Below, in pieces: positions 19,476 through 29,434 of a stretch of 64,000 bases of DNA. The notes beneath the pieces were generated by a model. The model made no database searches, had not been told where the DNA came from, and saw only the letters and a list, made by a program, of their open reading frames with translations. Numbering within the stretch: the stretch's first letter is position 1; every line of letters starts with the position of its first letter. The DNA comes from Ignavibacteriota bacterium (GTDB lineage Bacteria > Bacteroidota > Ignavibacteria > Palsa-1295): positions 448,001 to 512,000 of the forward strand of contig CAWBEI010000002.1 of assembly GCA_963787835.1 (NCBI GenBank), given 5' to 3'. A program made the translations under genes and the position numbers.

Positions 19476-20216
19476 TTGCTCTCCCTAATCATACTTGCTG
19501 ACGTTTCCTCCGGCGATCCGAAGAGCGATTATCTCGGCGTGCTGCTATACACGTTCGGGCTGATCCTGCTTTTTTTTCTGCTGATGAATGTCGATCGGCG
19601 GTTTCGGGAGTATGCGGGGCGCTCCTTAGTACGTCCGTACAATTTCTTTTCGGATATTCGCGACCGGCGGCTTATTCCGAACGCTCAAACGGCAGTTCTT
19701 TCGTTCATTTGCTCCGGCGCGCTGGGGGTATTTCTCGCTACACTCATCATCGGCTTTAACGGACACGAGGCAGCAGGCAGGTATTTCACTGCATTTCTAC
19801 CACGCTCCCTCTATACCACGAATGCCGGCAGCACACTGCCATATTGGGCGCTTATTATTGCCGGCACTGCCTTCGGCTTTGCCGGGAGTGTCCTGTTAGC
19901 AGGACTGATGCGCTTTGCCGCTATGTTTATCCGAGGGCGTTATTACTTTGCCGATGCCTACAACGTGACCGTCTGGTCGCTTCAGCCGCTCGCTTTCCTA
20001 CTGGTGTTCGATCTGCTCCTGCCTCGATTGGAAATGGATCACCAGACTGCCGAGCTATCGCTCCTCCTTCTTGCTGGAATGTTGCTCTGGTGCTATTTCC
20101 GCATTCTCAAAGGCACCGGCGTCCTATTCGACATCTATCCAAGCAAGATCTATGGCTACGGTGCGCTTCTGATTGCCCTACTGATTGGCATCGGTTACGT
20201 ATTTCTTCAAAAGTAA
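19476..20216 (+). CDS. Hypothetical multi-pass membrane protein
   Basis: About six hydrophobic segments; RSLVRPYNFFSDIRDRR loop. Confidence 0.75.
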   Translation: MLSLIILADVSSGDPKSDYLGVLLYTFGLILLFFLLMNVDRRFREYAGRSLVRPYNFFSDIRDRRLIPNAQTAVLSFICSGALGVFLATLIIGFNGHEAAGRYFTAFLPRSLYTTNAGSTLPYWALIIAGTAFGFAGSVLLAGLMRFAAMFIRGRYYFADAYNVTVWSLQPLAFLLVFDLLLPRLEMDHQTAELSLLLLAGMLLWCYFRILKGTGVLFDIYPSKIYGYGALLIALLIGIGYVFLQK

Positions 20217-20230
20217 GGAACGGGGGGAGA

Positions 20231-20362
20231 AATTAAGAATTAAGAAGTAAGAATTAAGAATTAGGGCAGGTTTATTATTCCATTTTCTCGTCTCATGAGA
20301 TACTCATCGCTTAATCCGAAATTCCTTTTATTCTTAATTCTTAACTCTTAATTCTTAATTAA
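20231..20362. repeat. Inverted pair of heptamer arrays (AATTAAG / CTTAATT)
   Basis: AATTAAG AATTAAG AAGTAAG AATTAAG AATTA (20231-20263) versus TTCTTAATTCTTAACTCTTAATTCTTAATT (20331-20360). Confidence 0.9.
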
Positions 20363-20363
20363 T

Positions 20364-23300
20364 TTGTATCTTTCCAAATTAGAAATAATCGGTTTCAAGT
20401 CCTTTCCGCAGAAAACCCTGCTGAAATTTGACGCTGGCATGACGGCCATTGTCGGCCCGAACGGCTGCGGTAAATCGAACGTCGTCGATGCCATACGCTG
20501 GGGTCTCGGCGAACAACGCGCCGGGACGCTTCGCTCGGACGTGATGGAGAACGTCATCTTCAATGGCACGCGCACGCGCAAGCCGCTCGGCATGTCGGAG
20601 GTTTCGATCACGATCGAGAACAACAAGGGCATTCTCCCAACCGAATATCAGGAAGTGACGATCACGCGGCGGCTGTTCCGCTCCGGCGAGTCCGAATATC
20701 TGCTGAATAAAGCGCAATGCCGTCTGCGCGACATCGTCGAGCTGTTCATGGATACCGGCATGGGAGCGAACGCATATTCGGTGATCGAGCTGAAGATGAT
20801 CGAGACCATCCTCTCCGATCGCACAGAAGAACGCCGCAAACTTTTCGAAGAAGCCGCGGGCGTCACAAAATACAAAGCGCGTAGAAAAGAAGCGCTACGT
20901 AGATTAGATGAAGTCGCAGCCGATCTCGCCCGCGTCGATGATATTGTAAAAGAAGTAACGAAGACGGTCGCTTCATTAGAACGTCAGGCAGAAAAAGCGA
21001 AAAAACACGCCGAGCTTTCGGCTGAGCTTCGCGCACTTGAAATAGAACTGCTCGAACGCGAGTATTCGCAGACCTCCGAACGAATCGCGCCGCTCATCGC
21101 TGAACTTCAAAACGCCGAATCCACCCGCGACCGCATCACCACCGAACTTTCGAAATACGAAGCCCTGCTCGATGTCATCGAGCGTGAGGAAAATGAGATC
21201 GAGGAGCAGCTTATCGCGTCCGAGCGCTCGGTGAAGGAAAAATCCGAGATCATTCAGCGCACCCGCGAAACTATTATTGCAACCGAAGAGCGCATTCGTT
21301 CCCTTCACGAGCAGAAAGGCCGCGCGACTCAGGAATTCGAACGCCTCGAACGCGAGAAAGTTGAGCTTACAGAACGACTGGCATCGCTTCGTATCGCGTC
21401 AGAACGTGCCGTCGAGAACAAGCAGGAACTCGAAGAAGAAAAGCGAGAGAAGGAACAGATTCGCACCGAAGCGGAGAATGTTGTACGTACTCGCCGCAGC
21501 GAATTACAAAAAGCACGTGACCTGGTTTACTCCCTGCTCACCTCGCGCAACGAACGCTCCAACGAACTCGAACGCCGCAAAGCCCGCATCGAGGAATTAG
21601 AACGCCGCCTCTCGAAATTCGAAGGCGAATATGCGGCGCTGGATGAAAAGCACTCCGGACTCGAAGCAGAATCGGCTAAACTTGCTGGCGAATTAAACAC
21701 TGCGGGAACCCGGATCTCCTCTGCGGAAGCCGAGTATCAATCTGCTCAAGAAAAACAGGAAGCTCTGAAAGCCAAGCTTGAAGAATTGCAAAATTCTTCG
21801 TTCACGGTTCAGAATGAGATTGGCAAGAAGATCTCGAAGATAGAATTCTTCACGGGGCTTGTCGAGCAAGGAATTGGCGCAGGCGAAGGTACGCAATATT
21901 TGCTCTCGGAATCCGGCTGGGCATCAATGGATCCGATCACTGTTGCTGATGCCTTCGATTGCGATTCCGAATATCGCGCCGCCTTTGAAAGCGCGCTCGG
22001 CGAGATCGCATATTATCTTATTGTCGAATCCAGCAAAGATGCATTTGAAGCCGTTGATGTATTGCGGCATTCTCAAAAAGGCAAAGCGACGCTCATCGCT
22101 TTGGATCGGGTTCCAGCGACGACCTCCTCCGCCCCTATATTCCCGAATGGGTCAAAGAGCGCCCTCTCGCTCGCAAAATTTTCGGATCGCTTCCGCAATC
22201 TCTTTACGATGCTACTTTCAGAAATCGCGATCGTAGATTCTATCAAAGCTGGTTTCGATCTGCTCGATTCGGTTTCCGGCATTGAGCGGTGCGTTACAGT
22301 GGATGGCGAAGTAATCACTCGTGCTGGTTTCGTCAAAGGCGGTTCGAAAAAGAGCACCGAGGGAATTTTGATCGGCAAGCGTGACCAAATTCGGGAATTG
22401 GAAGTAGATGTCGCAAATCTCAAGGTGGAACTTAGCCGATACGAAGAAGAGATCGCAGATACGAACCGGGCATTTGAAGCGATCGATGTAAAATCGCTTC
22501 TGGCAGCTGTTCGTCAGGGCGAAGAAGCGCGCCGCACCCTCCAAGTACGTGAAGGTCAGGTACAATATGAGCTAAAACGCATCGGCGAGCAGCGCGAATC
22601 GCTTCAAAATGAAGAATCGCGCATGACGAATGATCGTTCGCCATTGGCAGATTCACTCGGTGCGATCGAAGTAGAAGTAGTAGAATTCGAGCGTCAGCAT
22701 GGCGAAGCGCTCGAAGAATCGGTGAAGTTGCAGCAAATGGTCGAAGAAGCGGAACGATTGCTTGCAGAAGAAGCGGCCCGTTCCACCGAAGCGCAGGTGC
22801 GTTTTGCGGGGCTTGTTTCCGAAGTCTCGCGCTTGGAAAGCGAGACACGCCAGACCGAACGCGCCATCGACAATGCAACCCAACTTGCGGAGCAGCGCCA
22901 GCGCGAACGCGAGCGCGCCGAACGCGATCACACCGAACTTTCCGCAAAGCTTGAAGAATTCCGCACGATGCTTACTGGCTTGGAAGAGCAACTCGTTTCC
23001 GCTACCGGCCGGCATGAGCACGTTGCAGAACTTCGCAAATCCAAGCAAGCCGAAGCACATAAATACCGCGAAGCGCTGCGTGAAGAACGGCAGGAACACG
23101 ATAAGACGATCAACATCACGCATGAACTCCAGATGAAAATTCAGGAGTTGGAACAGAAACTGCGTCAGATCGAAGACCGCGCACGCGAGGAATTTGAAAT
23201 TCAAGCTGTAGAGAAAAAAACATACCCGGAAGAAGATGCATTCAGTTTTGGAGATGCACGCGAACAAGTTCGGGAGCTAAAGCAAAAGGTCAAAAATTTG

Positions 23301-23951
23301 GGTGCGGTCAATCTGCTTGCGTATGATGAATTCCAGACGGAATCCCAACGCCTTGAATTTCTGACGACCCAGCGAAAAGATCTAACCGAAGCGCAGAAAA
23401 ATCTCACCGAGATGATCGAGGAGATCAATACCACGGCGACAACGCAATTTCTCTCCACGTTCGAACAGATCCGTTCGAATTTCCAGGATATTTTCCGTTC
23501 CCTTTTCGCGGAAGGCGATAACTGCGATCTAAATTTAGAAGAAGGAAAAGATCCGCTCGAAGCACAGATCGAAATTCTTGCACAACCGCGTGGAAAGAAG
23601 CCACATTCGATCGAGCTTCTCTCGACCGGCGAAAAAACGCTGACTGCCATTGCACTCCTATTCGCGATCTATCTCGTGAAACCGTCTCCATTCTGCATTC
23701 TGGATGAAGTCGATGCCCCGCTCGATGATAACAGCATCAACCGATTCCTTTCGATCATCCATCGTTTTGCGACAAACACGCAGTTCATCGTGGTTACACA
23801 CAACAAGCGCACCATGGCCGCTGCCGATGCTCTCTATGGCGTGACGCAGGAAGAAGACGGCGTCTCGAAGATCGTGAGCGTGCGGTTGAAAAAAGAAGGA
23901 ATGATCGTGCGCTCGAAAGAGAAGCAATTAGAGATGGCGGAAGCGGTGTAA
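20364..23951 (+). CDS. smc: Chromosome segregation protein SMC
   Basis: GFKSF, Walker A GPNGCGKSN, coiled coils with hinge (KGKATLI), LSTGEK, LDEVDAPLD. Confidence 0.98.
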   Translation: MYLSKLEIIGFKSFPQKTLLKFDAGMTAIVGPNGCGKSNVVDAIRWGLGEQRAGTLRSDVMENVIFNGTRTRKPLGMSEVSITIENNKGILPTEYQEVTITRRLFRSGESEYLLNKAQCRLRDIVELFMDTGMGANAYSVIELKMIETILSDRTEERRKLFEEAAGVTKYKARRKEALRRLDEVAADLARVDDIVKEVTKTVASLERQAEKAKKHAELSAELRALEIELLEREYSQTSERIAPLIAELQNAESTRDRITTELSKYEALLDVIEREENEIEEQLIASERSVKEKSEIIQRTRETIIATEERIRSLHEQKGRATQEFERLEREKVELTERLASLRIASERAVENKQELEEEKREKEQIRTEAENVVRTRRSELQKARDLVYSLLTSRNERSNELERRKARIEELERRLSKFEGEYAALDEKHSGLEAESAKLAGELNTAGTRISSAEAEYQSAQEKQEALKAKLEELQNSSFTVQNEIGKKISKIEFFTGLVEQGIGAGEGTQYLLSESGWASMDPITVADAFDCDSEYRAAFESALGEIAYYLIVESSKDAFEAVDVLRHSQKGKATLIALDRVPATTSSAPIFPNGSKSALSLAKFSDRFRNLFTMLLSEIAIVDSIKAGFDLLDSVSGIERCVTVDGEVITRAGFVKGGSKKSTEGILIGKRDQIRELEVDVANLKVELSRYEEEIADTNRAFEAIDVKSLLAAVRQGEEARRTLQVREGQVQYELKRIGEQRESLQNEESRMTNDRSPLADSLGAIEVEVVEFERQHGEALEESVKLQQMVEEAERLLAEEAARSTEAQVRFAGLVSEVSRLESETRQTERAIDNATQLAEQRQRERERAERDHTELSAKLEEFRTMLTGLEEQLVSATGRHEHVAELRKSKQAEAHKYREALREERQEHDKTINITHELQMKIQELEQKLRQIEDRAREEFEIQAVEKKTYPEEDAFSFGDAREQVRELKQKVKNLGAVNLLAYDEFQTESQRLEFLTTQRKDLTEAQKNLTEMIEEINTTATTQFLSTFEQIRSNFQDIFRSLFAEGDNCDLNLEEGKDPLEAQIEILAQPRGKKPHSIELLSTGEKTLTAIALLFAIYLVKPSPFCILDEVDAPLDDNSINRFLSIIHRFATNTQFIVVTHNKRTMAAADALYGVTQEEDGVSKIVSVRLKKEGMIVRSKEKQLEMAEAV

Positions 23952-23975
23952 TACGAACCATCCATTACCAAATTT

Positions 23976-24572
23976 GTGACCATGCCTATTCTGCACAAAC
24001 CAACCAATCCACTTGTTGAAAAATATATCGCGAAATTTAGGCAGGACGAGCGATATGCTCTTGCTGATCAAGCCATCACGAACTTATTCCAGAAATTCCC
24101 TGAGAATAAAATCGTGGAAGATGTTCTTTTGAAAATTAGCGTCATTAATGACCTTTATAGCACGAACATCTATGGAACGTTTAGGATGGCAGAGCATATT
24201 AAAGCTCTTAACATTGATAGCGAATTGCAATCGGGAACCCCACACATCGTAGCTAAGATTGCCACTGGTCACGGCATCATCTCTTCGGCATCAAAGAAGG
24301 AAATCATTTTTTATTCTTTCGCAACAAAATATTGTAGCTGGCATAACCAAAGTGCCTTTCCGATTTATGACAGATTCGTTGGCAGTCTTTTGGAAGCATA
24401 TCGAGACGCTGACCGTTTTGCCAATTTTTCAAAGGAGGACCTAAAGAATTATGAACGATTCAAGAGCATTATTACCGAGTTTAAGGATCATTATGGATTG
24501 ACTCAGGAGAATTTTAAAGGAATTGATAAATTCCTATGGATATACGGGAAGGAATGGAAAGCTCCAAAATGA
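23976..24572 (+). CDS. Hypothetical protein, possibly HhH DNA-glycosylase-like
   Basis: INDLYSTNI, FYSFATKYCSWH..FPIYDRFV, IDKFLW; AT-richer than its flanks. Confidence 0.7.
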   Translation: MTMPILHKPTNPLVEKYIAKFRQDERYALADQAITNLFQKFPENKIVEDVLLKISVINDLYSTNIYGTFRMAEHIKALNIDSELQSGTPHIVAKIATGHGIISSASKKEIIFYSFATKYCSWHNQSAFPIYDRFVGSLLEAYRDADRFANFSKEDLKNYERFKSIITEFKDHYGLTQENFKGIDKFLWIYGKEWKAPK

Positions 24573-24594
24573 AGGGGAGCATCTTCTAATTATT

Positions 24595-24807
24595 TCACGC
24601 TGCCTGTCGAGCTTGATTCTTCCCAGCCGCATCAGGAAGTAATCGGCTCAGATTCCGAAGTTCGAGTTGGACAAGATTGCCATCCTCGCCATATTCTGCG
24701 ACAAGTCCCCCGGAAAATTCCTCGCTATCGGCAATCTCTCCCGGACCAACATGGTCTCGGAGGCGAATGGTCAAAATATCTACTTCACTGTCATAATCGT
24801 AAATCAT
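24595..24807 (-). CDS. DUF2283-like small acidic protein (putative antitoxin)
   Basis: YDYDSEVDILTIRL...AEYGEDGNLVQLEL.N.S. Confidence 0.85.
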   Translation of the reverse strand: MIYDYDSEVDILTIRLRDHVGPGEIADSEEFSGGLVAEYGEDGNLVQLELRNLSRLLPDAAGKNQARQAA

Positions 24808-25070
24808 GGTTTCCTCCTATATCTCTGAAAACGCGAAGCCACGTAAATGGTTACAAGCGAAGGCGGCTCCTGAGCTTCGTCAACAAGCAAACGCAACAAA
24901 TACTTCCTCCCATTATCTCTCTCATAAATCCGCTGGTAAAAATATTTGGCTGATTCGGAATAAATTCGCTCCTCCGGGCGCATAAGTGTTTGCTCGATTT
25001 GATCTAAACTAACTCCTAACGCGATCATTTTTTCTGTCGCATGTTTCGTAAGCCGATATCGGGTTAGCAT
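24804..25070 (-). CDS. DUF4258-like protein (putative RelE-fold toxin)
   Basis: LTKHATEKM...I..TL..P, LLRLLV, LVTIY; ATGA-coupled to the DUF2283 gene. Confidence 0.8.
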   Translation of the reverse strand: MLTRYRLTKHATEKMIALGVSLDQIEQTLMRPEERIYSESAKYFYQRIYERDNGRKYLLRLLVDEAQEPPSLVTIYVASRFQRYRRKP

Positions 25071-25081
25071 GTCTTAGTAAC

Positions 25082-27154
25082 CTATGACTTCCCATTGAAC
25101 GTCAGATACGTATGATCCTGCAATCCTTTTTCGTAGTCGCTGAGCATACGCATTCCCTCGTTGGGTTTGAGGCGGTCGGATTTAATGGCCTCGTCGATCT
25201 GGACTTTCATGCGGCGCACGAGTTCCTTCTCGTGATATTGCGTTAGTTCCAATACCTGCGCGATAGAGTTCCCGGCAATGGTTTCCTCGATATAAAATCC
25301 GGATTCTTCATCGGGGTCGAGAAACACGTGCGCCTCGTTCACACGGCCAAAAAGGTTGTGCAGATCGCCCATGATGTCCTGGTAGGCACCCGTTAGGAAT
25401 AAGCCAATGTAATAGGGTTCGGAACCACCGCCGGCGCCATCTTTTGAAACGAGCGGATGAAGCGGCAGCGTAGTTCGCACGTCTTTAATATCCGCAAATT
25501 TTGAGACTTTTCCATCAGAGTCGCACGTAATATCGACAAGCGTTCCGTGAATGGTGGGAGGTTCGTTCAGCCGATGCACCGGCATGATGGGAAATATTTG
25601 CCCCAGCGCCCAATGATCGAGTAAGCTCTGAAAAACGGAAAAGTTACATAGATACTGATCCGCAAGATGTGGTGTAAGATCGGCAATTTCTTCTGGAATT
25701 TCTTCATCAATATCGGGATCTTCCGCACGGCGTTTATAGAGTCCCGCGATCTCCTCGACAATATGCCAGTAAAAGGTCTCGATCTTTGCTTTGGTGCGAA
25801 GATCGAGAATGCCAAGATCGAACGCATTCTGAGAATCATCCTTTATTTGCAGCGTATCGTGCAGCGCCTCTCGGGGATTTTCTTCGAGCCGGGCTTTGAT
25901 CTTTTGAAGTTCCTTGATCCACTTATGATCGCTCCGCTTGACGGTGAGATCATACTCCGCTTTCGTTTTTTCAATGGCACCGAAGACCTGCACAATAAGT
26001 AGCGAATGGTGCGCCACGATCGCACGGCCTGACTCCGAAACAATATGCGGATGCGGTACTGCTTCTTCATCACATACATCCATGATATTATAGACGGTGT
26101 CCGCAGCATATTCTTCCATCGTGTAATTCGTGGAAGAGTGAAAGCTGGTGCGGCTGCCATCGTAATCGACACCGAGGCCGCCACCAACATCGATATACTG
26201 AATGCCCGTGAGCCCCATCTTCACAAGCTTTGCATAATAGCGCGTGGCCTCGCGCGTGGCGCGTTTGATCGAAAGAATATCGGGAATTTGGCTGCCGATA
26301 TGGAAATGCACAAGCTGCAAACAATCAATGGAATCTTCTTTTTGTAAATATTCGATGGCTTCGACCAGATCCATCGTCGAAAGTCCGAACTTTGCAGATT
26401 CACCACCGGAGGTCGCCCAGATTCCTGTGCTTTTCGCTGCAAGCCGAACGCGTACTCCAATGATCGGCTTCACGCCGATCTCGCGTCCCACTTCAATGAT
26501 GGATTTTACTTCCTCCACTTTCTCCGCGATCATGATCACTTTCTTGCCCAGCTTGTTGCCGAGCAACGCAGTGCGAATGAACGCGGTATCCTTGTAGCCG
26601 TTGCATATAATAATGGATTCGTTATCCGAATGGGTGGCAAGGGCAGCAAATAATTCCGGTTTCGAGCCTGCTTCAAGGCCATAGTGGAAGGGTCGTCCGG
26701 CATCCTCGATCTCTTCGACCACCTCTCGTAGCTGATTCACCTTGATCGGGAAAACCCCGAGATAACTTCCCTGATAATTAGCCTCTTTGATCGCGTCGTT
26801 AAACCCTTTATTCAGATTCATCACGCGGTCGCGCAGCAAGTCCTGAAAGCGAATGACGAGCGGGAACCGAAGATTCCATTCATCAGCATCTTTAAGGACA
26901 TCCATCACATCGATCGTCGCACCGGCTTCCCGCGCGGGCGAGATCGTTACGTGACCTTTCGCATTAATACCGAAATATCCGAGACCCCACCGGTCGATGT
27001 TGTAGGTCTCGACCGCATCCTCGATCGTCCATACACTTTGAGGAATGAAGTCGGCAAGCGTCAGGTCACGGGAGGAATCGTGACCATTAGTGTTCAGCGC
27101 GTATTCGCGTGAATCAATCGCGGGCTGTTCGCTGGAAACAAGCTGCTCGGGCAA
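25082..27154 (-). CDS. speA: Biosynthetic arginine decarboxylase
   Basis: FPIKVNQ, GLEAGSKPEL, HFHIGSQI, GGGLGVDYDG, DITCDSDG, GAYQDIMGDLHNLFG. Confidence 0.97.
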   Translation of the reverse strand: MPEQLVSSEQPAIDSREYALNTNGHDSSRDLTLADFIPQSVWTIEDAVETYNIDRWGLGYFGINAKGHVTISPAREAGATIDVMDVLKDADEWNLRFPLVIRFQDLLRDRVMNLNKGFNDAIKEANYQGSYLGVFPIKVNQLREVVEEIEDAGRPFHYGLEAGSKPELFAALATHSDNESIIICNGYKDTAFIRTALLGNKLGKKVIMIAEKVEEVKSIIEVGREIGVKPIIGVRVRLAAKSTGIWATSGGESAKFGLSTMDLVEAIEYLQKEDSIDCLQLVHFHIGSQIPDILSIKRATREATRYYAKLVKMGLTGIQYIDVGGGLGVDYDGSRTSFHSSTNYTMEEYAADTVYNIMDVCDEEAVPHPHIVSESGRAIVAHHSLLIVQVFGAIEKTKAEYDLTVKRSDHKWIKELQKIKARLEENPREALHDTLQIKDDSQNAFDLGILDLRTKAKIETFYWHIVEEIAGLYKRRAEDPDIDEEIPEEIADLTPHLADQYLCNFSVFQSLLDHWALGQIFPIMPVHRLNEPPTIHGTLVDITCDSDGKVSKFADIKDVRTTLPLHPLVSKDGAGGGSEPYYIGLFLTGAYQDIMGDLHNLFGRVNEAHVFLDPDEESGFYIEETIAGNSIAQVLELTQYHEKELVRRMKVQIDEAIKSDRLKPNEGMRMLSDYEKGLQDHTYLTFNGKS

Positions 27155-27272
27155 GGTAGTTTGAGTATTAGAAATGAAGAAAAAAGAGCCTCTGAAAAAA
27201 AGGGAAACAGCGAGACCGAGAAATCCGTGCGATAGCGAATCACTACCCGCTTTTAAATAGATAAAAAGCTAT

Positions 27273-27298
27273 GAAACTTTCTCATAGTTTTGGGTCAT
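27273..27298 (+). promoter_or_regulatory. ECF-type promoter
   Basis: GAAAC-N16-GTCAT upstream of the lipoprotein-lipoprotein-ECF-anti-sigma cluster. Confidence 0.5.
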
Positions 27299-27332
27299 AT
27301 CCTGTTATAGACCCCTTTCAAGCTAACCTACT

Positions 27333-28082
27333 ATGAAGATCAAACAGACTATTTCCATCCTTTTCGTACTTGCGCTCGTCGGTGGATGCAGAACCACCAC
27401 CACCGATGTTGTCAATGATCTCGGCTCGTTTCGTGGCAATGTTGCCTTAGTCAGCGCGAGCGGCGATACGCTCTCGAACTATGCCGGTGCCACTGTACAG
27501 ATCCAGGGCACACAATTTCAGGCCACAAGTGCAGCGAACGGTGACTGGGAGATCGATAACGTCCCGGCCGGCATTTACAATATTATCTTCACAAAGCCAG
27601 GATTCGATACGCTTGTCCTTCCTCAATTTCAATTCAGCGGAGCTGGCACCACGTTCCTGATGAGCAATGCTATTCAGAAGATCCCGATGGACTCGTTGAC
27701 GTTCACCCTGAATAATACTGGCACCCAGGTATTGACCGGATACGATGGCAAAGGTAATCCGATCTATAACTATGAAGGTAGTTTGGCCGTCGAGGGTTAC
27801 GTTTCCGGGCCGGACACCGGTATCCAGGAATGTACGATAGCCTACACCTATTCTGCCCCATTTTCGACGTTAAGTTCACAGGACTTTGTCTATCTCATCA
27901 ACGACACGTTGCCGGCATTGGAAGAAACAATCCGGTATTCGGAACCACCAGTGACAAGCGGAACAGTACTCACGGTTCAAGCTTCTCTTACTGCGGCCCA
28001 ATCGGCAGTCACGGAATCCTTCGCGCATTTCCAGGCTGCCACTTCGCCATTTCATTCGGTACGAGCGTTCTCATTGCCGTAA
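27333..28082 (+). CDS. Lipoprotein with carboxypeptidase-regulatory-like domain (paralog 1)
   Basis: Lipobox VGGC; GATVQIQGT..S.ANGDWEIDNVPAGIYNIIFTKPGF. Confidence 0.85.
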   Translation: MKIKQTISILFVLALVGGCRTTTTDVVNDLGSFRGNVALVSASGDTLSNYAGATVQIQGTQFQATSAANGDWEIDNVPAGIYNIIFTKPGFDTLVLPQFQFSGAGTTFLMSNAIQKIPMDSLTFTLNNTGTQVLTGYDGKGNPIYNYEGSLAVEGYVSGPDTGIQECTIAYTYSAPFSTLSSQDFVYLINDTLPALEETIRYSEPPVTSGTVLTVQASLTAAQSAVTESFAHFQAATSPFHSVRAFSLP

Positions 28083-28131
28083 TGATAGAGATTGGCTCCC
28101 GTTATTCTGGAGCCTAAAAAAAGTAAATACT

Positions 28132-28839
28132 TTGAAAATTAGACCTATCCTTTCTATGCTCCTCGGACTTGCACTTTTTAGCGCATGTACGAACAGCTCG
28201 ACCGTGGTCGAGAATACAGCAGGCACGATGCTCGGGAATGTTGCCTTAGTAACTGCCCGTGGCGATACACTCCCGAGCTATGCCGGTGCGACGATCCAAA
28301 TAAAAGGCACCACCTTCCAAACCACCAGCAGCGCTACCGGAGATTGGAAGATTGAAAATATACCGGCTGGTATTTACACGATCCTTCTGACAAAACCAGG
28401 ATTCGATACTCTGGCTTTCTCCAATTTTGCATTTCGCGGTGTTGGAACATCCTATTTCCTGAGCACCGGTATTCAGGAGATCCCGATGGATTCCCTAGTT
28501 TATGCGGTGATCAACACCACGGAAGATTCGAATGTGAACGAGTATGAAGGTCTGATCAGCATGACTGGAAACGCATCTGGCCCCGATAGCGCTTTCTTGG
28601 GCGAAGGGTTGATGGCGGCTTCCGGCGGAATCAATCAATCCGTTAGCGCAACTTTAACGAATGGACAAATTTCTAATTTGGTTAAGGGCGTCATTGGCTA
28701 TTCCGAACCACCCTACACCAAAGGTGCAGTCGTAACATTTCGCGGATACATCTACGCAAACAATCCCATTATAGCATTCACTAATTTCCAACGAGCTGCG
28801 TCGCCCTATATCGTTCAGCGCACACTTACGCTGCCTTAG
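28132..28839 (+). CDS. Lipoprotein with carboxypeptidase-regulatory-like domain (paralog 2)
   Basis: Lipobox FSAC; shares GNVALV, GDTL.SYAGAT, TKPGFDTL, IPMDSL and YSEPP with paralog 1. Confidence 0.85.
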   Translation: MKIRPILSMLLGLALFSACTNSSTVVENTAGTMLGNVALVTARGDTLPSYAGATIQIKGTTFQTTSSATGDWKIENIPAGIYTILLTKPGFDTLAFSNFAFRGVGTSYFLSTGIQEIPMDSLVYAVINTTEDSNVNEYEGLISMTGNASGPDSAFLGEGLMAASGGINQSVSATLTNGQISNLVKGVIGYSEPPYTKGAVVTFRGYIYANNPIIAFTNFQRAASPYIVQRTLTLP

Positions 28840-28855
28840 CGATGCAAGACACCCC

Positions 28856-29434
28856 ATGACGAACGAGCGCCAGCGCGAATTCCTGGAGATGTTAGAACCG
28901 GCGTACGACCGGCTCTCTCGCTATGCGCTCGCCGTCACTCGAGACGAGATGGATGGCGAGGATCTGGTAGGAGCAACGGTGCTCGCCGCGTATGAACAGT
29001 TTGAACGATACACAGACGAAGCGCCCTTCTTGCACTTCCTGGTCAAAATTGCCTCGAGGTTATACAAGCGGCAGCGTTATCGCGAACGCAATCGGGTGCC
29101 ATACAATGAAGCATTGGCACTCGCAAATCGGGATTCAGGGACTTCCCCTGAAACCGCTGCCGAAATACGATTAGTCACAGAAGCATTACAATCGCTGCCG
29201 GAAAAAATGCGTGAGACGGTCGTATTATTTTATGTATCCGATTTTTCGCTCGAAGAGATCCGTCGCATTCAATCCGGAACGTTGAGCGGAGTAAAATCCC
29301 GCCTCAAGCGCGGTAGAGAACAATTAGCTCAAGTGCTTGGCGAGGAACCTTCGCAGGTGAGATCGCCGGTCATGAAGAAAAGGTCAGAGGATAATATGGC
29401 ATTCTTTCTTATTGCCGAGGAACGTTATGTATAA
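28856..29434 (+). CDS. ECF RNA polymerase sigma factor
   Basis: RLSRYA..GEDLV, LPEKMRETVVLFYVSDFSLEEI, SGVKSRLKRGR. Confidence 0.9.
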   Translation: MTNERQREFLEMLEPAYDRLSRYALAVTRDEMDGEDLVGATVLAAYEQFERYTDEAPFLHFLVKIASRLYKRQRYRERNRVPYNEALALANRDSGTSPETAAEIRLVTEALQSLPEKMRETVVLFYVSDFSLEEIRRIQSGTLSGVKSRLKRGREQLAQVLGEEPSQVRSPVMKKRSEDNMAFFLIAEERYV

